64,000 bases of DNA from NCBI GenBank assembly GCA_043228905.1, contig JBHGNT010000003.1, forward strand, positions 7,316,001 through 7,380,000, given 5' to 3'. Shown here piece after piece: positions 1 to 11,422 of the stretch. Source of the stretch: Azolla caroliniana (Eukaryota; Plantae; Polypodiophyta). A model generated the notes under the pieces. It was given only the letters and a program-made list of their open reading frames with translations. It searched no databases and was not told where the DNA came from. The position numbers were made by a program, and so were the translations under genes. Every line of letters starts with the position of its first letter. Position 1 is the first letter of the stretch.

Positions 1-150
1 GACCTTCAAGAGCCAGATCGACCCGGTTATGTCGAGATCGGAGATGACACCACTCATCCGATTCGGCATGTCGGCAATGTCCCATTCGGGAAAGAAGGTG
101 AACAAACTTGCATAAAACATGTCTTACATGTACCCACCATAACGAAGAAT

Positions 151-3100
151 TTGATCTTGGTCGGCCAAATTGTGGAGCAAGGGATGCAAGTTCGATTCAA
201 CCAAGGAGGTTGCTTTATCGAGAAGGAAGGCCGACTAATTGCTCGTGGTCTAAGGGAAGGCCGAATGTTTATTCTCGAAGTGAACGAGGTAAAATCGTCC
301 ATGTTTGCAAAGGGCCTCAAACACAACACCGACATAGAGCTATGGCATAAAAGAATCGGCCATATCAATCTCAACAAACTCAAGGCGATGCAATCGAAAG
401 GAGTTGTCAATGGGCTCCCGACCTTCAAAGAGAAAGAGATTGAAGGATTATGTGAAGCATGCCAATTTGGCAAGCAACATCGACACCCGTTCCCGAAGGA
501 GAGGAACGTGAGCAAAGGCCTATTGGACGTAGTCCACTCGGATGTGTGGGGACCGGCACAGACGGCTACGTTCAGAGGATGTCGGTACTATGCTATCTTC
601 ATCGATGACTTCTCTAGATACACATGGATCTTTCCCATGAGGATGAAGAGCGAAGTGTTTACACACTCTCAAAAATTCAAAAGCGAAGTCGAAAAGACAA
701 CTGGGCGTCATGTATGATGTCTTCGGTCAGACGGAGGAAACAAATACTTCTCCGATGCGTTCACGGCATACCTTCGACAAGAAGGAATTCGGCGAGAATT
801 CACTTGCCGACACACCACAACAGAACGGTGTAGCCAAACGCAAGAATCGGCACATCCTCGAAGTAGCTAGGCCCATGCTAAATGAGAAGCATATGCCCAA
901 GTAATATTGGGCAGAAGCTGCAAATACTGCCGTCTACCTCATGAACCAATGCACAACATCTGGAGTGCATGAGGTCACCCTGCACGAGAAATACTATGGA
1001 AAGAAGCCGGATCTATCCCATGTAAGGATATTCGGCTCCATTGCATACGTGCACATTCCCGATGAGAAGCGGCAGAAGCTTGACCCAAAATCAGAGAAGA
1101 GCCTCCTCGTGGGGTACTCACAGGAGCAAAAGGGGTACAAGTGCTTCAACCCCTCTACTCGGAAGACTCGTGTAAGTCGGGATGTCGTCTTTGACAAATC
1201 AACATCATGGTACAAACCCGAGCCAACTCCTCCCGGACCATCTACGAACGACCTTGACAACACAGAAGACGTTGATCAACTAAGGTCAATACTCAAAGAG
1301 AGTTTGATCTCAACTAGATTGAGCAGACCACAAGAGCCTCTGAGCAACCAAAGCTCATCTCGACCAAATGCAAAGATGGACAAAGGGAAGGCTAAAATGC
1401 CGGAATATGAAGACGATCACTTTGATGGCAACGAATTGACTCATTCCCTCGATAGTGAGTTCGATGGCTTTGATGTGCCTCTTATGAGGTCACCCGGAGT
1501 TGAGAAAGCACTCACATCGGCAAATGAGAAACTTCGTCACTCCACCCGAGAGAAGAATCCGGTTAGCCGATTCGGCTACAACGACTATATGGCATATCAC
1601 TATGCCTTTATGATGAAGGTGGCAGCAATTCGAGAATCGGAGAGCTTTGCCGAAGCCGCTAAAAATCCTCGATGGGTTTGAAGCGATGAACGAGGAAATG
1701 CAAGCTCTCAGCAAGAATGAGACATGGGATCTCGTCCCTCACTCACCGCACAAGCAAGCAATCAGCTGCAGATGGATATACAAAGTGAAGTATAATGCCG
1801 ACGGTTCCGTCAATTGCTACAAAGCTCGACTCGTAGCAAAGGGCTATGCAGAAACACATGGCGTCGACTATGAAGAGACCTTTGCCTCAGTGGCAACGAT
1901 GACAACCGTGCGAACCGTGATAGTGCTTGCAGTAGCGAAAGGGTGGCACCTCCACCATATGGATGTCAAGAACGTTTTTCTTCAAGGCGAATTAGAAGAG
2001 GAGGTGTACATGGTACAACCACTCTGCTTCGAATCCAACATTCATCCGAAAGCCATCTGCGGACTCAAGAAGCCTCTCTACGGCCTTAAGCAGCACCACA
2101 TGCTTGGCATTCAAAGATAACACAATATTTTCATCGAATCGGCTTCCGAATGTCAAAATCCGACAATTCTCTCTATGTAAGAAGCGATTCTGAAAGTCCT
2201 ATCGTCATCATCTTGTACGTGGATGATTTGGTCATTGGAGGTGAGCATCTAATCGACATCAACAAGGTCAAGTCCCTCCTTTCCAACAAATTCGAGATGA
2301 CGGATATGAAAGAGCTCCACTACTTCCTTGGCATCGAGGTAATTCGGACTCCGGCCGGGATTATGATCTCCCAACGGCACTACATTCTCAACTTGTTATA
2401 CAAGTTCGGGATGATTGAGTGCAAGTCTGTGGCAACACCTCTCGACCCAAAACCTCAAAACTAGATGCCAATTCTGGCACAACAGAGTGTGAGCTGACTC
2501 AGTATCGACAACTGATCGGTAGTCTTATCTACCTCACGATCACTCGACCTGACCTGAGCTATCCGGTCGGCCTTCTTAGCCAGTTCATGCAAACACCACA
2601 AGATATCCATTTGGAATTTGCTAAGAGAGTGCTATGATACATGAGCGGAACGATGAACTATGGCATTCTCTATAAGTCGGCCACGCCAATTCAACTCGAG
2701 GGGTACACAGATGCCGACTGGGCAGGCTACAAAGCCGATCGACGATCAACCTTTGGTTTTGTCTTCTCCCTCGGAAGTGGAGCCATCTCTTGGAGTAGGA
2801 AGAAGCAACCAACCGTCGCTCTTTCGAGCATAGAGGCCGAATACGGGGGCGCGGCAGTGGCTGCATGTGAAGCCGTATGGCTGAAGGATATTAAAGGATC
2901 TGGACGTTCCCATCAAAGATCCGATTCTCCTTTACTGCGACAACATGAGCAGTATTTATCTGGCTCGGAACCCGGTGTTCCACTCACTCACGAAGCACAT
3001 CGAAGTGCACTATCACTTCATTCGAGAGTGTGTTCAGGCTGGCGATGTCGACCTTCAACATATATCTACGAATCTTCAGATAGCCGACATCTTCACCAAA

Positions 3101-3247
3101 GCCCTAGGAGCTGACAAGCTTCGGCAATTCCTGTCAAACCTTGGGTTGATGGTCCTTGACTTGCCAAGCTTGAGGGGGAGTACGAGCCGGATGTACTGGA
3201 TACTGTCCAAACCGGATACGAGCCGAAGCGGACATCAACTGAAGTAG
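151..3247 (+). pseudogene. Copia pol (INT-RT-RNase H) broken by stops and frameshifts
   Basis: ORFs 151-717, 941-1681, 1647-2120, 2150-2464, 2641-3114 and 2945-3247 carry consecutive Copia motifs. Confidence 0.92.
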
Positions 3248-3274
3248 CCGACCAAAATTGAGCTTGAGGGGGCG

Positions 3275-3551
3275 TGTTGAGAATCAAGCTCAACCTAGTC
3301 TAGTGTGTGAACAAACCCTTCAGAGTGTGCACTCAAAGGTCAAAAGTCACCACTCTTATCCACACATTAACTATATGTCATAGAATCATATTCTATGACA
3401 CATAACTAATGAGCTTTCACATTCCCCATGACCCATGAGCTTCGGTAGTTAATGAAGAGAGAGAGTGACTATATAAAGCACTCTCCTCCTACTTTGTAAT
3501 AATCTCGGTTAATCTCCTTTGTAATATACATTGTCTTGAGTATTCTATTCA
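3275..3551 (+). repeat. 3' LTR of Copia A
   Basis: Starts TGTTGAG after the purine tract, contains TATATAA and ends ..CTATTCA, where Gypsy gag sequence resumes. Confidence 0.8.
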
Positions 3552-4613
3552 GAGCGGCCGCGCCATGCGAAGACCATCCACTACTCGGCGTCGGCAGGAA
3601 TCCGGGTTGTGAGCGACGAAGGCCGGAAGATGAAAGACTCCGGGTTCTGGCCGTTGTTGCTAGAAGACCTCACTGGTGTGTGGTTGAGGAAGGAGGAAGT
3701 GGACCGCGTGGGAAGACGGGTCCGGGAGGTCACCGGGTGGAGCGATCCGGTCGAGGAAAAGACCGGCTTCGTGGAAGCCACGTGCCAAAACTACAAAGTT
3801 CTGGTAGAAGACAAGCATGCAGGGAAGGCCGGAGGGGCCGGACCCTCGCAACGGTACGAGACCCGGTTTGGGCCAAAGCAGAATGACGCTGGTACTTCCG
3901 ACACACCGAATAAAACAAAGAAAGTCGGTTACCGGTTGAGCACCAAGATAGAAATAACGACGGACCTGCGGAAGGTCCTTGAGGAATGAATCCTCGACAG
4001 CAAGGTGGAGCTGTCGCTGAGGGAAGTGCTTGGGATCACCAAGAAAGAATTCCATGACTCCATTGTGGACTTGGTGAAGCGAGAAAGGCTTTCGACGGAG
4101 CCGGAGCCGGAGAAGCAGGTGGAGGTGTGAACGACGCACCTAGAAGATATGGCCCTGGAAGAAGAGTTGGCGGAAAGCCACTATTTGAAGCTGCCTTGGG
4201 CAAAAGCCACTACGGAGACCCCGGTTCGGATCGGAGACGTCCAGGAGCTGGTGGTGGCGTTGGTAAACCGCGGTTCAAAGATCAAACCTGATGTCTATGG
4301 ACTTCTACAAGAAAGGCAAGTGGCCGATCAACACCAAGCACACGGAGGAGCTACACGGGGCCTGCCCTAATGTACGGGTGAAAATCAGTGATGTCAAGAT
4401 GGACCAACACTTCTTCGTGCAGGAGACATCCTCGCATCCGGTGATACTCGGAGAACCATACATTACGGCAGCACACATGGAGACGAAGGTGCTGGATAAC
4501 GGTTCGGCGTACGCACGCATGAAGAGCCAAGATGAGCGACACTCCGTCCAATTTCTGACGGTGCGACCAAACCACGAGCGCAACTGCGAGACCCTCGGTG
4601 GCGAAAGCCGAGG

Positions 4614-4657
4614 GGATTTTTAGAGAGGGCTATCCAGCCGTGGGGCCGCGATAGTCC
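4614..4657 (+). promoter_or_regulatory. Candidate -1 programmed ribosomal frameshift signal (G GAT TTT, 6-nt spacer, stem-loop) in Gypsy A
   Basis: The heptamer directly precedes the gag-PR stop TAG (4621-4623). GGGCTATC (4627-4634) pairs with GATAGTCC (4650-4657), and the -1 frame is open (GFLERAIQPWGRD). Confidence 0.65.
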
Positions 4658-4683
4658 GGACACCCTAGAAACACCCCACACGT

Positions 4684-5402
4684 TGTCGCATTGCTACGCG
4701 CGTGCGTGGAGAAGGGCGGGACCACGGGGGTCTTGGACTAAGGAGTAGAGGAGAAGGAATCGGACATGGAATGGAAGCTTTGCTCAAGAAGAAGAAGAAT
4801 GAACAAGAGATTAGATCGAACAAGAGGAAGATGGAGACAAGATGATCAACAAGATATATTAAAACGAAATGAACGATTACAAAATGGTGGCCGCATAGGC
4901 CGCACCAAACGACTACTCGACACCCTAACCGACGAAGATGAAGATAAAGATCAAGAACCCCTAACCCTAACGCTCGACCTAAGTGGTATACCTCGCACAC
5001 TCCAAATAGGCAACCCCCACAATGGTGCCTTCCCCTCCTTTTATAGCACAAGGAGGGAAGACCGTTTACAAAAGTGAGACTAAAATATCCCCTTTCATTC
5101 AAAGGGGATATTTGCCTTGATTTGGGGGAGGGTGAGATTGATGGCCCCCTTAACTCCCACCTCCTCACAAACAACTAGGTACCTATGTACCGCATAGTAC
5201 CTCTCTCTCTCTCTCTCTCGCGTGGATGTGCACACAAGACCACATCACCTTTATACCTTAGGGATCTTATGGGGCATTTCTAGCACCATACCCTTTACCC
5301 TTATTATTATTACAAATACATTATGTATGTGTGCAACGTTGCACATCGCTCTTTGGCTCTCGTTGCTCGGGTTTCCGCTTGTGGACGAAAATCTTCATGA
5401 CA
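4684..5402 (-). mobile_element. Solo LTR of a Gypsy family related to Gypsy A/B
   Basis: Its ends are reverse complements of the family LTR termini (TGTCATGAAGA.. / ..GCGACA). 4-bp TSD ACGT (4680-4683, 5403-5406); removing the insert restores colinearity with Gypsy B. Confidence 0.85.
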
Positions 5403-5957
5403 ACGTGTACCATAGGAAGGAAGCCCTGTACTATAGATAGGAAATTTTGGTTCTCCGACAACGGAGGGATGTCTCAAGGCGTATGGAGTCCTAGGCCCCG
5501 ACGATGAGATTGGTGGAGCAGTGGAGGCGGTCTCTTTCGACAACACCTTGGGGGAATTAAAGAGGGTGTTCGAAGAAGGCCTTAGCGAAGACCAGACGAT
5601 TCCAGTTAGTTCGGAAATGATGTACAAAGTCATCGCCGATTTCGGGGAGAGGGTCGAGTTGGGTTGGGCGGCCCATGTGAATACGAAGTACAAGACTATG
5701 GACCAGAAGGTGAGGCCAGTCACGAAACCATTGCCGGAGGGCAGCGAGTTACGGATGAAAGGGGTTTCGTTGGACCCAAGTCTATGGGATCCGGCCGGCA
5801 TAGAACACTGGTTCACCAACATAACGCTACGGGAGCTCAAGGTTGGTCGGGGTGGCTTTCTACTGCCATTAGAGGAGGAACAGTTTCGGAGAATGCTCGG
5901 GAGGCACAGGAAAGGCCTTCGCATTCTCGTCGGAAGAGATCGGTTGCGCAGACCCGA

Positions 5958-6042
5958 TGTTGGAAGCAATGTCGTCTTTGCGGAAGATCAAGTAGCATTC
6001 GTTCTGTTCTGAATACCTGTGTATTACAGTTCGTAGGTCGTT

Positions 6043-6083
<41 letters not shown>

Positions 6084-6250
6084 AAAGACTCTTTATTGCA
6101 TAAACAAAGAATACAACAACCAACCTCACAAAGAGGTTACAAGGTCACTATATATAGAGACCGACTTAGGGCAACTACCCTTTATGCTAATTACATAAAT
6201 GGCCGAAACGGGATAGTGTGAATACGTCCATTATACACATGTATTCGACA
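5958..6250 (-). repeat. 3' LTR of Copia B (contains (AG)n)
   Basis: Direct repeat of 11130-11422. Confidence 0.96.
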
Positions 6251-6443
6251 CTCCCCCGTAATGGGCGTATACATGGGTTATCTAAGATTACAGGTATAGA
6301 CTTAGGTTCTCGGACATATCAGCTTTGTTCGAGTCGGCAGGGTCCGAAGGCAGAAGACCGAACTGGTCGGGTCGGAACAGTTGAAGCCGATCATTAAGGA
6401 ACTGATGTCGGTTGTCGGGAACCATCCTGCTCTGTGTCCGACT

Positions 6444-9400
6444 CTAACCGGACTGGTTTGTCGTTACGCCCATCTGATGCCGAAGAGACCGAAAACGGTC
6501 TGCCGAAAGACATTTGGTCATTCCATCTGCGACATTGTCGGTTGTGGATATTTTCTCTAGACCGATTTTCCCTGAAATGACGCAGTCCCGAACGAAGTGA
6601 TATCGAACGTCGATATGTTTGGAGGCGTTGTGGTGAACCGGATTTTTCGACAAGGCAACAGCACCTTGACTATCGCTGTAGACAACTGGAGCCGAGTCAT
6701 GGTCGACTTGTCGAAACGTGTGCGCCAGCCGACCGAGCCATAAAGCTTCTTTTGCTGCGTCGGACGCAGCTACATATTCTGCTTCGGTCGTTGAGGTCGC
6801 TGTGCACTCCTGAAGTTTCGACTTCCACGAGATTGCTCCATTGCCGAATTTGAAGCAGTATCCGGTTGTAGATTTCCGACTGTCTATACAGCCGGCGAAG
6901 TCCGAGTCGGTGTAACCGACTACGCCTGAGGTTCGGTTCGGACCGAAAAGAATGCCGTGGTCTTTTGTGCCAGCCAGATATCTGAACACATGCTTGACTG
7001 CGTTCCAATGCGATCGGCCAGGATTGTGCATGAATCTGCTAACGACTCCTACGGCGTGAGAAATATCAGGCCGTGTCGCGACCATCAGGTACATAAGAGA
7101 GCCGACTGCCGGTGCATACGGTACCGACTTCATATCTTCCCCCTCCGGACCGGATGTCGGGCAGTCTCGCTGAGAGAGCCGAAGATTCATAGGGAGCGGG
7201 GTTGAAGCAGATTTGGCTGATTGCATGTTGAAGCGTTCTAAGACACGTCGGATATAGTCGGTCTGAGACAGAAAAAGATGTCGTGTTTCGCGATGCCGAC
7301 TGATCTTCATGCCAAGGATGTGTCGTGCCGGACCGAGGTCCTTCATGGCAAACTTCAACCGCAGTTGCCGAATGAGATCGGCAAGTTCGCCCGCGTGGCG
7401 TCCAGAAATTAGCATGTCGTCCACGTAAATGATGAGGAAGATGGGTGATCCATCTTGAGCTGTGTTGGTGAAGAGACAATGGTCCTCATCGCTTTTTGAG
7501 AAGCCGATCGATTGGATGAAGTCGTCGAACTTCTTGTACCATTGTCGCGGTGCCTGTTTGAGGCCGTATAGACTCTTCCTGAGTCGGCAGACTAGATGTT
7601 CTTGGCCGGTTGCCACGAAGCCTTTTGGCTGCTCCATATAAATTTCCTCCTCGAGATCACCATGGAGGAAGGCTGTTTTGACATCTAGCTGAATCAGCTC
7701 CAAGTTGTCGGCTGCCACTACGCCGAGTAGGAAACGAAGGGTTGTCATTTTCACCACTGGTGAAAAAATCTCGTCGAAGTCGACGCCATATTCTTGTCGG
7801 AAGCCCTTCGCAACTAATCTGGCCTTGTACTTTGGGGTGGTCGAATCTGACGTCTCTTTTAGTCGATAAACCCACTTGCAAGGAAGAGCACGTCGGTTCC
7901 TAGGTAATTCGACCAGATCCCAAGTCTTGTTTGCCCGAATGGAGTGCATTTCCGACTCCATCGCCAGATGCCAGGTGGCGGAATCGACAGATGTCGATGC
8001 TTCTTCGTAAGACGTCGGTTCGCCGGCGTCGGTGAAGAAAATTCCAGGAGAATACCTCTCCGGAGGTTGCGACAGTCTCTCGGATCGTCGAGGCATGATT
8101 GGACTGGTCGCATCGGGTATCGTGGTCGGATGGTCCGAAAGCGGATTGTTCTGCTGTGCCGAGTCGGGGTTGTCCGAGTCGGTAGTGTAAGGTTCAGCTA
8201 CCCGTGAAGCTGACCGTGTGTTGAGAGCGGGGCCTTCTTGAAGGGTCGGCACATCGGAAAATGTTACCCTTCGGACTTCGATCGGTTTTTCGATTGATGG
8301 ATTCATAGCCGACTCGTTGAACACAACGTCCGAACTTCGAACGATTTGTCTGCGTTCGGGGTCCCAGAGTCGGTATCCCATTTCGCCGTCGGATCCATAT
8401 CCAAGGAAAATGCATTTCCTGGACCGAGGTGCAAGTTTTCGGCGATCATCTTTCGGAATAAGGGCGTACGCCTCGCATCCGAAGATCCTCAGCTTGTCGT
8501 AATTCGGCTTACTGCCGATCCATAGTTCCTGAGGAATTTGAAGTCCTAGAGGTCTACTTGGCGACATATTGATTATGTGTACTGCCGTGAGTAGAGCCTC
8601 TGCCCAGAAGCCATCCGATAGTCCGGAGTGTTGGAGCATGGAAACTATCCGTTCTTGGATTGTCCGATTCATGCGTTCGGCAATCCCGTTTTGCTCCGGA
8701 CTGTGTGGTGCCGTAAATTCACGTCGGATGCCGCGTTGTCGGCAGAATTTGACGAATTCTTCGGATTTAAACTCTCCCCCATTGTCTGTCCGAAGGCATT
8801 TCAGCTTTCGGTCGGTTTGATTTTCTACCATAGCGAGCCAATCGGTGAAGATCGAGAAGACACGATCTTTAGTGCGAATTGGATAAGCCCACACCTTTCG
8901 AGTCGAATCGTCAATAAAAGTGACGAAGTAAGAGGCACCGCCTAGAGACTGATGCGGCATTGGGCCGCAGACGTCCGAGTGGACCAAATCGAGAGGTCTC
9001 GTTTCTCTTGGTGCTGATGTCGGGTGTGATGCGGCGGCTTGTTTGCCATACTGGCAATGCTCGCAGAATTGATGGTCCGAGAAGGAGAGTTTGGGGATGT
9101 ATCCGGCTCTAGATAGGTGCGTGATGCCGGCCTTGCTGAGGTGTCCTAATCTTCGGTGCCATAGTGATGACACAGGAATATCCACCAGAAACAGGTTACC
9201 CTCTCTGAGCGTAACATGTAACGGATACAGGGAGTGTATCTTGGGTCCTCTAGCAAGCAGGAGGTTCCCCCTGTGGAGTGTCCACCCTCCCGAAGAAAAA
9301 CCGGCACGAATGCCGTCTTCATCTAGTTGTCCGACTGAGATGAATGGCCTTGAGAGCTCGGGTACATGTCGGACATTGTGGAGTACAAGTGTAGAGCCAC

Positions 9401-10457
9401 CTGCAAGGTTGAGCTCTACTGTGCCGATTCCGATGATGTCACAGTGTTGCGAGTTACCGACCCGAACTGAGTCGGAGTGACGGATCGTGTATTGCCGAAA
9501 TTGGCATCGATGAGGAGTCACGTGAAATGACGCGCCCGAATCTAAGAGCCATGTGCTCGATTCTTCAGTCGTGAGTAGAACTTCTGATCCGACTGGATTT
9601 TCGATTGATAGTATATTCGGGTCGTCCGGTAGTACATCAGCTGAGAAGCTGACGTAATTGATCTCCTCATGCCGGCCACTCTTCTTGTTGTTCTTGTTCT
9701 TGAGTGCGCGGCAGTCGGCTTTGATGTGTCCGGGTTTCTTGCAATAGTTGCAGATTCGGTTATCCCGTGACTGGCTCCGTCTTCGCTGATTGTTCGGCGG
9801 TCGTGAGGAATCTCTTCCTCGTATGTTCGATCGGTCTGTCGAACCTTGTACTACGTAAGCGTCGTCTGTTGAGTCTTTGGCGAAAGACTTTCTCCGAGCT
9901 GCTTCGGTCAGGATTGCGCTCGTGACTTCGGAGTATTTAACAGCCGTGGTTGACGCGTTGCACACGGTTGTGACGAAAGTTTCCCATGATGAGGGAAGGC
10001 TGCTCATGAGTATCATTGCTCTGAGTTCATCCTCGATTGCCGTCCCCTGAGATGAGATTTGGGAGCTGATGCTTTCGTACTCATTGAGGTGTGCTTGAAC
10101 CGAATCGGATTCTTTCATCCGCAAGTTGTAGAGGCGCCGGATCAGAAACATCTTCGTTGCGGCGACCTTCTTTTCGTAAGTGTCCGACAGTGTTTTCCAC
10201 AGTTCGAATGCTGTCGTACACGATTGCACCGTAAAGTATACCGATTCCGATAGGTGCATCCGAATCGTGGCGCGGACGATTCTGTCCAGCTTCTGCCACT
10301 CAGTTGGTTTGTATCCTTCTGGAGGTTCTTCATTTTCGATGGGATCGATTTGCCCCTTGACTATGAGATAGTCCTGCATTTGTTCCTTCCAGAAGTTGAA
10401 GTTCGATCCATCGAACTTTCGTAGACTCATTTCTGACGAGCCTGATGTTGATGCCAT
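6444..10457 (-). CDS. Copia gag-pol polyprotein (gag, CCHC, protease, integrase, RT, RNase H), about 1337 aa
   Basis: Motifs CNYCKKPGHIKADC, WLLDSGAS, VHSDVCGP, LRTDNGGEF, LDVKTAFLHGDL, IYVDD, YTDSDFAG and KHIDVRYHF; first ATG at 10457. Confidence 0.97.
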   Translation of the reverse strand: MASTSGSSEMSLRKFDGSNFNFWKEQMQDYLIVKGQIDPIENEEPPEGYKPTEWQKLDRIVRATIRMHLSESVYFTVQSCTTAFELWKTLSDTYEKKVAATKMFLIRRLYNLRMKESDSVQAHLNEYESISSQISSQGTAIEDELRAMILMSSLPSSWETFVTTVCNASTTAVKYSEVTSAILTEAARRKSFAKDSTDDAYVVQGSTDRSNIRGRDSSRPPNNQRRRSQSRDNRICNYCKKPGHIKADCRALKNKNNKKSGRHEEINYVSFSADVLPDDPNILSIENPVGSEVLLTTEESSTWLLDSGASFHVTPHRCQFRQYTIRHSDSVRVGNSQHCDIIGIGTVELNLAGGSTLVLHNVRHVPELSRPFISVGQLDEDGIRAGFSSGGWTLHRGNLLLARGPKIHSLYPLHVTLREGNLFLVDIPVSSLWHRRLGHLSKAGITHLSRAGYIPKLSFSDHQFCEHCQYGKQAAASHPTSAPRETRPLDLVHSDVCGPMPHQSLGGASYFVTFIDDSTRKVWAYPIRTKDRVFSIFTDWLAMVENQTDRKLKCLRTDNGGEFKSEEFVKFCRQRGIRREFTAPHSPEQNGIAERMNRTIQERIVSMLQHSGLSDGFWAEALLTAVHIINMSPSRPLGLQIPQELWIGSKPNYDKLRIFGCEAYALIPKDDRRKLAPRSRKCIFLGYGSDGEMGYRLWDPERRQIVRSSDVVFNESAMNPSIEKPIEVRRVTFSDVPTLQEGPALNTRSASRVAEPYTTDSDNPDSAQQNNPLSDHPTTIPDATSPIMPRRSERLSQPPERYSPGIFFTDAGEPTSYEEASTSVDSATWHLAMESEMHSIRANKTWDLVELPRNRRALPCKWVYRLKETSDSTTPKYKARLVAKGFRQEYGVDFDEIFSPVVKMTTLRFLLGVVAADNLELIQLDVKTAFLHGDLEEEIYMEQPKGFVATGQEHLVCRLRKSLYGLKQAPRQWYKKFDDFIQSIGFSKSDEDHCLFTNTAQDGSPIFLIIYVDDMLISGRHAGELADLIRQLRLKFAMKDLGPARHILGMKISRHRETRHLFLSQTDYIRRVLERFNMQSAKSASTPLPMNLRLSQRDCPTSGPEGEDMKSVPYAPAVGSLMYLMVATRPDISHAVGVVSRFMHNPGRSHWNAVKHVFRYLAGTKDHGILFGPNRTSGVVGYTDSDFAGCIDSRKSTTGYCFKFGNGAISWKSKLQECTATSTTEAEYVAASDAAKEALWLGRLAHTFRQVDHDSAPVVYSDSQGAVALSKNPVHHNASKHIDVRYHFVRDCVISGKIGLEKISTTDNVADGMTKCLSADRFRSLRHQMGVTTNQSG

Positions 10458-11129
10458 CAAATTCGGTTTCGGTTGACGAAGCTCGGTTCGGAGTTGACTG
10501 TGAACCTTGTTGGAGTGCAGCCGGTTGGCTCACCCGATATCGTTCTAGTCGGATTTGAACCCGAGTCGGTTCGGCTTCGGAACTTGCTCGAATTGACTCC
10601 GGTAACTTGAGGGACAGAACCGACTGGTCTTCCCGAGTGTTGCCGAGTCGGAGTGAGCCCGGTTCGCTTCGGATATATGTGCCGAGTACCGATTATTGAA
10701 ACCGATTATCTGGACCGATTCTGCTTCGGGTGGCTGCAGCGACGAGAGAGACAGATCCAACTGATCCTCTCGAATGTCGATCAGCCTGATGAAGCACGAA
10801 TTTGGGGTTGTCGTCTTGAGACCGATCTGCACCGAGTGGTTACAACGAGCGGCGTTTGATTACCTCTTCGGATGCCGTTTAACCGAATGGAGCACGAATC
10901 GTGTCAATGTTGCACAAGGGGATTTCACCTCGAGCGGTTACAATCACAAGGAACGGAGTACAACCTGCTGGCTTACTCCAAACAAAGATGATCTAACGCG
11001 ATGAGATGCAAACCTGGTTTTTTTTTTTTTTTTCTTCTCTCTTCTTCGAATGACGCAGGAAACCGAATGCTGAGACGACGGCCGACAGCGGATTGAGGGA
11101 CCGACTACTGTGCAGGCTCTGATACCAGA

Positions 11130-11214
11130 TGTTGGAAGCAATGTCGTCTTTGCGGAAGATCAAGTAGCATTCGTTCTGTTCTGAATACCTGTGTATTACA
11201 GTTCGTAGGTCGTT

Positions 11215-11254
<40 letters not shown>

Positions 11255-11422
11255 AAAAGACTCTTTATTGCATAAACAAAGAATACAACAACCAACCTCA
11301 CAAAGAGGTTACAAGGTCACTATATATAGAGACCGACTTAGGGCAACTACCCTTTATGCTAATTACATAAATGGCCGAAACGGGATAGTGTGAATACGTC
11401 CATTATACACATGTATTCGACA
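11130..11422 (-). repeat. 5' LTR of Copia B
   Basis: Direct repeat of 5958-6250, adjacent to PBS TGGTATCAGAGC on the minus strand. Confidence 0.96.

Larger units (their letters stand above)
1..3551 (+). mobile_element. Degenerate Ty1/Copia LTR retrotransposon (Copia A), 5' part outside the window, inserted into Gypsy A
   Basis: Fragmented ORFs show GAG-pre-integrase (LWHKRIGH..CEACQFGKQ), integrase (VHSDVWGP, FIDDFSRYTW), RT (KARLVAKGY, MDVKNVFLQG, LYVDD) and RNase H (YTDADWAG, KHIEVHYHF). PPT at about 3263-3272, then a TG..CA 3' LTR. Confidence 0.93.
5958..11422 (-). mobile_element. Intact, very young Ty1/Copia LTR retrotransposon (Copia B)
   Basis: Two 293-bp TG..CA LTRs (5958-6250, 11130-11422) that differ by about one base on inspection. 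tRNA-iMet PBS at 11116-11127, PPT at 6251-6261, flanks CCGA/CCGA and an uninterrupted polyprotein. Confidence 0.97.

Noticed and set aside
4766-5077. 103-aa charged ORF
   Set aside because: It is the antisense reading of pyrimidine-rich solo-LTR sequence.
6697-10371. Many short overlapping or antisense ORFs within Copia B (and likewise in other elements)
   Set aside because: These are shadow ORFs of GC-rich coding sequence.
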